Of a stretch of 64,000 nt of DNA, positions 56,414 to 64,000 are shown in pieces. The notes under the pieces are model-generated. The model saw only the letters and a list, made by a program, of their open reading frames with translations. It made no database searches and was not told the DNA's origin. The stretch is taken from NCBI GenBank assembly GCA_900696495.1, contig CAADGI010000021.1, forward strand, positions 43,614 through 107,613, in the 5' to 3' direction. Numbering within the stretch: the stretch's first letter is position 1; every line of letters begins with the position of its first letter. Position numbers and translations under genes: made by a program. Source of the DNA: an uncultured Alphaproteobacteria bacterium (GTDB taxonomy: Bacteria; Pseudomonadota; Alphaproteobacteria; Micavibrionales; Micavibrionaceae).

Positions 56414-57619
56414 ATGACCGGCATTTCAACTTTGGGACAGGCTTTGGACCAGATCGAGCGCATCAAGGAGCAGCAATCGCTCTTCTCGACGCTTTCGACA
56501 CAACTGACGACCGGCAAGAAAACGCAGACTTTCACGGGTCTTGGCACCGATGTCATGCTCTCGAAGCGCGCGCGCACGGAATTCAATTCGTTCAATCAAT
56601 ATATCAAGAACATCACCAACAGCGACCGCCGGATAAAATTGATGCTGACCGCGATCGAGGAATTCAAGGCGCAGGCCGAGAATTTCGCCGACGTGCTTGT
56701 GAATTTCTCGCAGGAAAGCGAACACCAGAAAGGCGACATCATTTATTACGACGATCCGCTGACGACGGAAATTGAAAACATCCCGGTCGGCATGACATCG
56801 TCCGAGCCCGGCGTTGATTTCTCGACTGTGCGCGAATTCGCGGCCAGCGTGCTGAGCTTCCTGAAGGATCTCGTGAACGCGAAGGAAAACGACCGTTACC
56901 TGCTCGGCGGCGCCGACACGCTGACCAAGCCGCTGGGCGACACCGGCACGCTGGATTCCGCGCTCAGCGTTTTGATCACGTCATGGAAGACGGGAACGAT
57001 TTCGACCGACGACCTGCTGGCCGATTTGCGCGACCGCACGGCGACCGGCGGCAACCCGAACGCCCTCACCGATACGGTCGTGGGTTATTCCGCCGCGCTC
57101 AGCGCCGGGACGGTGGGCAAGGTTTTCGTGCGCGTCGATGACGTTTCCGAGATCGATTTTACGGTGCTCGGCAACGACAAGGCCTTCCGCGACATCATCG
57201 TGGCGGCGAGCGCGATCATGAATGCCGAACTGCCGCCGATGATCGATACATACGGGCCGCCGAATACTTACCCCGGTGTGCCGGACGCGCAGGGCGCTCC
57301 CGGCGATACCGTCCAGGAAATGAAGGATAATTTCTTCAAGATGTTCAACAGCCTGACCGCCATGGTCAACAACGCGATCGACGACATCGACAAGCTGCGC
57401 TTCAAGCTCGAGGGCGTGCGCGCCCGCATCGACGACGTGAAGAAAAGCCATGTCGAACAGAAAAACCTGCTGCTCAATACGATCGGCGATGTCGAGGATG
57501 TCGATATCAACGAGGTTGCCGTGCGCATCCAGCAGTTGCAGATCCAGCTCGACGCGTCATTCCGCGTCACCGCCAAGATGCAGGACCTGACGCTGGCGAA
57601 TTTCCTTCTGATTGGATAA
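56414..57619 (+). CDS. flgL: flagellar hook-associated protein 3 (FlgL), alphaproteobacterial type
   Basis: N-terminal helical segment with QLTTGKK...GLG, and a flagellin-like C-terminal helix (VAVRIQQLQIQLDASFRVTAKMQDLTLANFL). Follows flgK. Confidence 0.7.
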   Translation: MTGISTLGQALDQIERIKEQQSLFSTLSTQLTTGKKTQTFTGLGTDVMLSKRARTEFNSFNQYIKNITNSDRRIKLMLTAIEEFKAQAENFADVLVNFSQESEHQKGDIIYYDDPLTTEIENIPVGMTSSEPGVDFSTVREFAASVLSFLKDLVNAKENDRYLLGGADTLTKPLGDTGTLDSALSVLITSWKTGTISTDDLLADLRDRTATGGNPNALTDTVVGYSAALSAGTVGKVFVRVDDVSEIDFTVLGNDKAFRDIIVAASAIMNAELPPMIDTYGPPNTYPGVPDAQGAPGDTVQEMKDNFFKMFNSLTAMVNNAIDDIDKLRFKLEGVRARIDDVKKSHVEQKNLLLNTIGDVEDVDINEVAVRIQQLQIQLDASFRVTAKMQDLTLANFLLIG

Positions 57620-57627
57620 TTGATTTC

Positions 57628-59229
57628 TTAAGCGCGCTTGTCGCGGATCAGGATGCCGCCGGGCTCATGCGCGCCGGGCTTTTGCATGACCTGCAGTTCG
57701 GGCGTGGCGCTGGGTTCGGCCTCAAGGCCCGTGGCAATCACGGATTCGACCGCGCCGGTGAAATCATCTTTCAGCGCGACGTCTTCCTTGATCTTGTAAT
57801 CATACGACGCCATCCAGACCAGCTCGATGCCGGCTTTCTCGCTCCAGCGCGTGAGAATGTCGCGGAGGCTTTCGCCTGCCTTTGCTTCCCAGGGTTCCGA
57901 AGGTGTTTTTCCCGCTGCGGGGGCTTCGGCCAGAAGCGGCAGCGCGGGTTTTTCCGCCGTATTCTGAACATCCTGCTGCGCTTCCGGCGCTTGATCCGGG
58001 GTTTTGGTGTTCAGCTGCTCGGGCGTCGGCAATGTTTCGGTTTCAGCGGGCTCTGCTTTAGAGGCGGCGTGGTCTTTCGCGGGTGAAATTTTTTCAGGGC
58101 CGCCCGACGCGGTAGCGATGTCGGATAATTCATTGGCGGCTTGTTGCTGTAAGCTTTCACCCGGATCATTGATGTTCGCGCGGCGCAGGCCGTCACGCGC
58201 TGCCGCCGGCTTTGTCTCAACAAGCGCAGCATCGCCCTGGCGCCAGCCGCCCGGCGAGCGGACATGAACTGTTTTATTGACGATAACAGCCTGGAGCTGC
58301 AGCGGCGCCAGCATGTCGTTGATCACCTGGTCCCACGGCTTGCCGCCATCCCATGAAACCGTCTGGCCGACATTGACGCCGGACTCGAAGGAGGTCGCGT
58401 AATCCGAAGGGACGATCTGCTGCAGCGCCAGCGCGAGGGGCATGTCGCTGCCGAAGCCTTCAAGCACGGGCTTGTCGGACGGTTGTTGCGCCGCTGCGGA
58501 GGCGACGACGGAATCGAAGCCCAGGGCAGGAGCCGGTACGGCATCGCCATACGGGCGCGGATTGATGACCAGCTTCTGGCTGTTGGGCGTATTGTCGAGA
58601 GCGGCCTGCGGCGCGTCCTCGGGCATGAAAACCCGCGGCTGTTGCGCAACAACGGGCGGCGCCATCTCGGCAGGTTCGTAAGCGGGACGTTCAAAGGCAG
58701 GCGGCGGCGCGATTTGCTGCGTCGTCACAGGCTCCGGCAGAACAGGGCGCGAGTCCGTAATCGAGAGAGGCGCGTTTCCGGCAGCGGGGGGCGGGCTGAC
58801 TTCACGGACTTTCATCGCGGTGTTTTCCTCGGGCGGCAGCAGCGGCTGGGCCTGGTAACCGGACGGCGCATCCAGCAATGTGTTGACTGGCACATCGTTG
58901 TTGGCGGCGGTTGCATCAAAAGGTCTGAGCTGCGGCGTCACGGGAATAGGCGAGACGGGAGCGGGCGCGGTTTCTGCGCCCGGGAGGGGCAGCACGGCAT
59001 CGGACGGTCCTGCCGGGGGAATGCCGGGCGCAACAGTCACGTTCGGCGCGGCAGGCGTTACTTCGGGCGCGGCGGCGGGCTGGGTCGGGGGAACCCATTC
59101 AAATCCGGCATGCGTGACAGTCGCTCCCAGGGTTATTGCGGCGCCAAAAGCAGCCAGCAAAATAAAGGATTTTCCACCCAGGTTTGTGTTGATACGCATA
59201 CGGCCTCTCATGAATCGGTGTGAAATCAA
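57628..59229 (-). CDS. secreted proline-rich protein with two C-terminal TcpQ/PilL-like beta domains
   Basis: Signal peptide (LLAAFGAAITLGATVTHA) and a long Pro/Ala linker. Motifs QTVSWDGGKPWDQVINDML and WEAKAGESLRDILTRWSEKAGIELVW...DFTGAVESVI. Start uncertain. Confidence 0.55.
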   Translation of the reverse strand: MISHRFMRGRMRINTNLGGKSFILLAAFGAAITLGATVTHAGFEWVPPTQPAAAPEVTPAAPNVTVAPGIPPAGPSDAVLPLPGAETAPAPVSPIPVTPQLRPFDATAANNDVPVNTLLDAPSGYQAQPLLPPEENTAMKVREVSPPPAAGNAPLSITDSRPVLPEPVTTQQIAPPPAFERPAYEPAEMAPPVVAQQPRVFMPEDAPQAALDNTPNSQKLVINPRPYGDAVPAPALGFDSVVASAAAQQPSDKPVLEGFGSDMPLALALQQIVPSDYATSFESGVNVGQTVSWDGGKPWDQVINDMLAPLQLQAVIVNKTVHVRSPGGWRQGDAALVETKPAAARDGLRRANINDPGESLQQQAANELSDIATASGGPEKISPAKDHAASKAEPAETETLPTPEQLNTKTPDQAPEAQQDVQNTAEKPALPLLAEAPAAGKTPSEPWEAKAGESLRDILTRWSEKAGIELVWMASYDYKIKEDVALKDDFTGAVESVIATGLEAEPSATPELQVMQKPGAHEPGGILIRDKRA

Positions 59230-59308
59230 GAGTTGACCATAATGCCCCGCCAGTCAAAAAACAAGCGGGAGGGCCCGAAAAAGCCCAAAAAATAAGGAGA
59301 AAGAGGGC

Positions 59309-59611
59309 CTAGCCGTAATCCGTAAATTTCTTGTGCTGGACGCCGATCCAGCCGGGCCGGTTGCTGCCCACGACCCAGGAACGGAAGTTGCGGATGGCCG
59401 CCGGGAAGGTCAGGCCCTTGCGCTCGAGGAAACGGAAAAACAGCAGCGAGGTAATGAGCAGTAAAAGCGTGGAAAGGCGCGCGTAAACCAGCAATAGCGG
59501 CAAGGGCAGCGCGGCGCGCGCGTCGAAAGCCAGGAATCGCACGGTGCGCATGGAATTGCGCCAGTGCCAGTTCATCTTTTCCTGAAGATTCTCAATCTGC
59601 TGTGCAGCCAT
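59309..59611 (-). CDS. icmT: IcmT/TraK-like small membrane protein
   Basis: 100 aa; HWRNSMRTVRFLAFDARAALPLPLLL followed by a hydrophobic helix and FLERKGLT, as remembered for IcmT. Confidence 0.7.
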   Translation of the reverse strand: MAAQQIENLQEKMNWHWRNSMRTVRFLAFDARAALPLPLLLVYARLSTLLLLITSLLFFRFLERKGLTFPAAIRNFRSWVVGSNRPGWIGVQHKKFTDYG

Positions 59612-59667
59612 GACACGTCCCCGCCGTTTATATGACTATCTTACCAGATTTTTATGCGGAAAGGGAA

Positions 59668-60828
59668 TTATTGCGAGCCGGTGCTGGCGGCGAGCAGGAG
59701 ATATTGGCGGCGGTCGATAATCCCGGCCTCGAAGACGATCTCCGCCGAGCGTTGCATCGTGCGGCCGTACTGGTTGATCATGCGCTGGATTTCGGCAGGC
59801 CATTTCGTGAAATGCATATCCATTAATTTCTCGCGCACTTCCTCGGGGAATTTCATCCATTCGCGCACGCCGATCCGTCCGCCCTGCACGCGTGGCACCA
59901 GCGCCTGCGTGACGACAAGGCGCAGCGTTTCCATGAGTGCCACCGCGCGTTCCTCGCGCTCGTTCATTTCGTAGGTCGAGAGCATACGCTGGACGGTGTT
60001 CGCGACGCCGAGCGTGTGCGTCGTGGTGTAGACGGCGTGGCCGGTCTGCGCCGCTTCGATTGACGCGTTGATCGTTTCACGGTCGCGCGCCTCGCCGACG
60101 AGAATGACTTCGGGCTTGCGGCGGAGCGAGTTCCTGATACCGGCGGCGAAGCTCGGCAGGTGACGGGGAATTTCCGATTGCGCGACCAGCGAGCGCGGGC
60201 TGTTGATCGCGTCGTAAACATATTCGATCGGCGATTCATAGGTCAGCATCTTGCCGCAGCCTTGCGGGCGCTCGAGCAGCAACCTGTTGCCCGCCGCGAG
60301 CAGCGTGGTTTTACCGGAACCTGTCGGGCCGGTGATGATGACGATGCCCTGGCGCGGCGCCCACGCATCGATGATTTCGCGCTCGATCTTGAGGTCTTTC
60401 ATCGTCGGCGGTTCGCTTGGCAGAACCCGCATCGTGATCTGCGCCGCGTCGCGGCCCTTGGACAGAATGGCGGTGATGTTGACGCGGAAACGGATGCGCG
60501 TGTAGCGGTCCGGGCGGATTTCGTAGGAAACGTCGAGGTCCTTGCCCGCGGCGAGGCGTGCGAGCGCTTCGGGCCCGTAAATGCGCGTCAGGAACACGGC
60601 CATGTCGGCGGCGTCGATCTTGCGGATCGTGCCGGGATAAAGATGGCCGTGAATTTCGTTGTAGGGCTGGCGGTCGGACTGGATGGAGATATCGGAAGCG
60701 CCTTGCTTGACGCACCATAAAAGAAACGGATCGACTGCGTCTTCGGTGAACCGGTTTGGCTCGTCGGGCCAGGTTTGCGCCGAAGTGTCTTCTTTTTTGA
60801 TAAGGCTTATCGGTTTGCGGGCTGCCAT
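59668..60828 (-). CDS. dotB: DotB secretion ATPase (PilT/VirB11 superfamily)
   Basis: 386 aa; PDEPNRF N-terminus, Walker A GPTGSGKTT, GEARD, His box TTHT. Confidence 0.85.
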   Translation of the reverse strand: MAARKPISLIKKEDTSAQTWPDEPNRFTEDAVDPFLLWCVKQGASDISIQSDRQPYNEIHGHLYPGTIRKIDAADMAVFLTRIYGPEALARLAAGKDLDVSYEIRPDRYTRIRFRVNITAILSKGRDAAQITMRVLPSEPPTMKDLKIEREIIDAWAPRQGIVIITGPTGSGKTTLLAAGNRLLLERPQGCGKMLTYESPIEYVYDAINSPRSLVAQSEIPRHLPSFAAGIRNSLRRKPEVILVGEARDRETINASIEAAQTGHAVYTTTHTLGVANTVQRMLSTYEMNEREERAVALMETLRLVVTQALVPRVQGGRIGVREWMKFPEEVREKLMDMHFTKWPAEIQRMINQYGRTMQRSAEIVFEAGIIDRRQYLLLAASTGSQ

Positions 60829-61895
60829 TGCTCCGATCCGGTTATGAGTTCCGATGCGCCGGTGATCTGTACGGCGCGGTCGCCGACCCGCATTTGATTG
60901 CCATCGCCCGTGACGCCGCGGTCAACCTGCAACGCGTAGGGCGGCGAAACCATGCCCTGCGTCAGCAGGATGCGGTAGCGCACCATGCCCTGAAAATCCG
61001 CCTGCAGGAGATTGAGGTCGTCCTGGAAAATCTCATCGGCCTGCTTCACGCCTTCGTCCCAGCCCTTGGCGACAAGCTCCCGCCAGATCTGGCGCTCCTC
61101 GTCGTTTTCGGGGCGCAGGATATCCGGCGGCGGCTCGACCTCGCCCCATTCCCGCTCGAGATAGGTCCGCCATGTCCGCGCGCTGGAGACGATTTTCGCG
61201 TTGTTGACGATGTTATAAAGCGCATCGGAAACGGCCGCCTGCTGCCCGCCATCCTCGATCAGCATCGCGTTCAGCGATTCATTGATGATCGGCGGCTCGA
61301 TTAAAAATCCCGAAGGGGCCGGAATCAAAAGCTGGCGGAAATTGTAAACCTTGTCCATCGCGCGCGCGCTTTTTTCAAGGTCGCCCCGGATGTAATAAGT
61401 GCGCCAGGCCAGGCCGCCGCGCGCGCCATAGGAAATCGCGGCTTCGCGCAGGGCATCGCGGCGGATGTCGAATGTCATACCGGTTTCACCTTCGACGATC
61501 GTGTTCTCGCGCTCGAGATTTTTCAGATCATCAAGACGCGGCGGCGCCGCGTTGGTGCCGACGGTTTCCTTCTCGAGATCTTCGTACATCACGCGCTTGG
61601 TTTTTACCTTTGGCTCCTCGGGTTCTCCGGGCATGCCTGGCATGCCGGGATAGTAAGGCGTGTAAGGCTGCTGGTATCCGTAAGGCTGGGGCTGGCCCGA
61701 CGTCGGGACCGTGGCAAGCTGCTGGAAGGGATTGATCTGCGCCTGCGCGGCGGTCTGGGTTTGCTGCTGCTGCGCGGTTTCGTTGGCTTCGGCCTTGATG
61801 TCCTGCGCAAAAGCGGGCGTCACGGCAAGCGCAAGCAACGCGGCGAAAATGGCCGGGATTTTTATCCTGCTTGTGTTCATCGTTTTACGCGGCAT
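60807..61895 (-). CDS. dotC: DotC/TraI-like outer-membrane T4BSS protein
   Basis: Signal peptide, Gln/Pro-rich linker, then a conserved core (REAAISYGARGGLAWRTYYI...MDKVYNFRQLLIP). Located between dotD and dotB. Confidence 0.7.
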   Translation of the reverse strand: MPRKTMNTSRIKIPAIFAALLALAVTPAFAQDIKAEANETAQQQQTQTAAQAQINPFQQLATVPTSGQPQPYGYQQPYTPYYPGMPGMPGEPEEPKVKTKRVMYEDLEKETVGTNAAPPRLDDLKNLERENTIVEGETGMTFDIRRDALREAAISYGARGGLAWRTYYIRGDLEKSARAMDKVYNFRQLLIPAPSGFLIEPPIINESLNAMLIEDGGQQAAVSDALYNIVNNAKIVSSARTWRTYLEREWGEVEPPPDILRPENDEERQIWRELVAKGWDEGVKQADEIFQDDLNLLQADFQGMVRYRILLTQGMVSPPYALQVDRGVTGDGNQMRVGDRAVQITGASELITGSEQWQPANR

Positions 61896-61918
61896 TTAAA
61901 AACCCAAAATCAGAAAAA

Positions 61919-62428
61919 TTATTGGCCGACACCGGAGTTGGGCGGATAGTGAAGCTCGACAACCCGGGACGAACCGTCAACCTTGATATCCCCGCGCATG
62001 CCGAGCTGAAGCCCGATATTGCGCAGAACATCGATGACCGGCATGTTTTCGACATCGAGAGAGATGACAACCGGCACGACCGGAGGCCCGCCGACAGTGA
62101 GGAAATTATAACCGGCGCGCTCGGCCAGCGATTTGGCGATCGGCTCGACCGGGCCGACCCAGTTGACGGTGACGGCGCGGCGCAGTTCGGTGGGCGCGTT
62201 GCCTACAGGGCCGACGGCGATGCCGGGGGCGCGCGCGGTTTCAACGGCGGCGAGTGTTTCGAGAGAGTTGGCGGCGCGATCGGCGGCGTCGGCCAGCATG
62301 GCGGTGACGCTGTCGGGTTCGGCGACGAGTTGCGGATGCGCGTTGCTGAATTCACGGGCCGGCGTATCGCAGGCAGCCAGCAGCATCAGGCTTGAAAACA
62401 ATACGACGAGAGCGGAAAACCGGGCCAT
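61919..62428 (-). CDS. dotD: DotD/TraH-like lipoprotein
   Basis: Lipobox LLAAC; 169 aa; C-terminal secretin-N0-like domain; first gene of the dotDCB order. Confidence 0.7.
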   Translation of the reverse strand: MARFSALVVLFSSLMLLAACDTPAREFSNAHPQLVAEPDSVTAMLADAADRAANSLETLAAVETARAPGIAVGPVGNAPTELRRAVTVNWVGPVEPIAKSLAERAGYNFLTVGGPPVVPVVISLDVENMPVIDVLRNIGLQLGMRGDIKVDGSSRVVELHYPPNSGVGQ

Positions 62429-62580
62429 TAACCTATTACCTTACAAAAAAACAAACGTCTTCACTCTAAGTCCGGAAGCAGGGCTTATAATTTAAGCTTA
62501 ACGGTTCATATATGCATCCGCAAGATGCGTTTCCAATCTGTCCCGCGTCAAAAAGGCTGTTTCAGGGCGATTTTGGAAGG

Positions 62581-63003
62581 TCAGCGGCTGGTCCGGACCA
62601 GGCCGTTTTCATGCAGCACGCTGATGACTTTTTTCTTGTACGACGTGCCGAAAAGCGGCGTGCGGGAGTGATAATGCGCGATGGCCTGCGAGAGGCTGCC
62701 GGTTTCATCGATGTGGCCCCGCAAAATCCATGCCGCGACGCTGACATTCGTGCAGGCATCGTCGCGCACCCATTTGCGGGCGGTGGTTTCGCTGACCCCC
62801 CAGTTTCCGGCCAGTTCCGGCATCCAGATCGTGTTGATCTGCATGGGGCCGAGGTCATAGGTGCCGTTGTCGTTCCGGACTTCCTGGCCGACCTTGCCGC
62901 CCTCGACCTTGTAGATCCCCACCAGCACGGCCGGGGGGACGGAATAGGTCTGGGAAGCGAGCATCAGACAGGCTGCGAGAACTTTGCTGGACGCGGCGAT
63001 CAT
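62581..63003 (-). CDS. lytic transglycosylase (SLT domain, VirB1/IagB-like)
   Basis: Signal peptide, catalytic-region E in YKVEGG, and YDLGPMQIN motif; 140 aa. Confidence 0.75.
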   Translation of the reverse strand: MIAASSKVLAACLMLASQTYSVPPAVLVGIYKVEGGKVGQEVRNDNGTYDLGPMQINTIWMPELAGNWGVSETTARKWVRDDACTNVSVAAWILRGHIDETGSLSQAIAHYHSRTPLFGTSYKKKVISVLHENGLVRTSR

Positions 63004-63056
63004 AGCGAATTTACTCCATTAACCGGGGTCTATTTTAAGGGGAAATTTCGATTCCG

Positions 63057-64000
63057 TCACTCTTTTTTAGGAGGCGCCTTGAAGAAGGACATAGGATTGG
63101 ATTCCCCGGAACCCTGCGCTGGCGGCGGGTTTGAAGGGGGAGGAGCGGCGGGCGGAGGGGGCGCTGCGGGCGTGGGCGTGTAGGGTGCGGCCGCGGGCGG
63201 CGGGGCCGGGGCCCTCGAGTTGCTGGAGGAGCCGGCGGACGATGAACCGGCCGGCACCATGGTTTTGGCAAGGGTTTCGAGGATACCGGCGCGCATATCG
63301 AAGGCTTTCCAGACGGATTCCATCCCCACGCCGCCCATCATGCGCTGTTCTTCCGTAAGGGACATCATGCGCGCGGTTTCGGCATCGTGGCAGGCCGCGT
63401 AGATTTTTGCCAATACGCCGAGGAGGGAAAGCTCGGCGCGTTTTTGCTCGTCGTCCTGTAGGCCGGGCAGTAGCGTTTCACGCATTTCCATGGCTCTTTG
63501 CGTCAGCCGCGCCGCGACGTCCATCGCGAGTTTCTGCTCGGGCTGGCCGAAGGGGAAGGACGTCACCGCGCCCACTACAGGAATAAGGGCATGAATATAT
63601 TGCAGGCTGGTTTGCTGCGGGTCCGCAGACTGGCCGAGCGGCTCGAGATGGGTCAGCCGGGCGGCGACATCGGCGCCGGGCATGAAATTTCCGGAATAAG
63701 TCAGGACCGTCTGCAGCGCCGCCGTCATTTTGCGAAGGTCATTGTCGCCGGGCGCCTTGCCTGTCTGCCGGTAATGCGTGCCGATCAGCCCGCCCGCCAG
63801 CGCGGCAAGGGCCACGCGGACGGAATCGCCGCCGTCCGGCAGCGCGCCGAGATCGATGGCCTGGCCCATTTCGATGCTGGCCTGCGTTGTGCGCGCCAGA
63901 AGTTCTGCCATGCGCTGGGCGTCCTTGTGGGTTTCATCGGCCGCGCCGCGCCCCGGCGCCTGAAGAATCGAGGCCATCAGCGGCGTGCCAATTTTTTCAA
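63057..64000 (-). CDS. hypothetical protein with a Pro/Ala-rich C-terminal tail (5' end may lie outside the window)
   Basis: Frame is open to the window edge upstream of the ATG at 63977. Helical body, then an APAPPPAAAPYTPTPAAPPPPAAPPPSNPPP tail. Confidence 0.45.
   Translation of the reverse strand, partial: EKIGTPLMASILQAPGRGAADETHKDAQRMAELLARTTQASIEMGQAIDLGALPDGGDSVRVALAALAGGLIGTHYRQTGKAPGDNDLRKMTAALQTVLTYSGNFMPGADVAARLTHLEPLGQSADPQQTSLQYIHALIPVVGAVTSFPFGQPEQKLAMDVAARLTQRAMEMRETLLPGLQDDEQKRAELSLLGVLAKIYAACHDAETARMMSLTEEQRMMGGVGMESVWKAFDMRAGILETLAKTMVPAGSSSAGSSSNSRAPAPPPAAAPYTPTPAAPPPPAAPPPSNPPPAQGSGESNPMSFFKAPPKKE

Noticed and set aside
53993-57619. Interpretation of flgK-flgL as part of a complete flagellar gene cluster in this window
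   Set aside because: No other flagellar gene (flgB-J, fliC/D, motAB, flhA/B) is recognisable within 64 kb. Only the two hook-associated genes are called.

Overview
The window reads as an origin-proximal chromosomal segment of a high-GC alphaproteobacterium. All family assignments come from motifs read by eye; no database search was run.

Positions 1-33.5 kb carry the classic alphaproteobacterial ori-region synteny: holA, parB-parA-rsmG-mnmG, mnmE, rho, hemJ-hemH-hemE, a GANTC-dense intergenic region that I propose as oriC, then ppsR-like, maf, aroE, coaE, dnaQ, secB, fxsA, tim44-like and mltA. Several visibly AT-richer inserts interrupt this backbone. They encode a pentapeptide-repeat protein, a 5 kb island with two paralogue pairs (including four TPR proteins), and an orphan 486-aa gene.

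From about 35 kb to the window end lies a Dot/Icm-type (type IVB) secretion system in two blocks, both on the minus strand:
- icmL-icmK-icmE-icmG-icmC/D-like-icmD-icmJ-icmB
- slt-dotD-dotC-dotB-icmT

Between the two blocks sits a plus-strand run of four tandem paralogues of an unrecognised secreted protein family, followed by flgK and flgL. This is the most unusual feature of the window.

The window also holds several short palindromic repeat families. Some copies sit in frame inside housekeeping genes (mnmE, mnmG, rsmG, and possibly parA).

No rRNA, tRNA, CRISPR array, transposase or integrase was recognised. Many long ORFs in the track are antisense artefacts of the high GC content.
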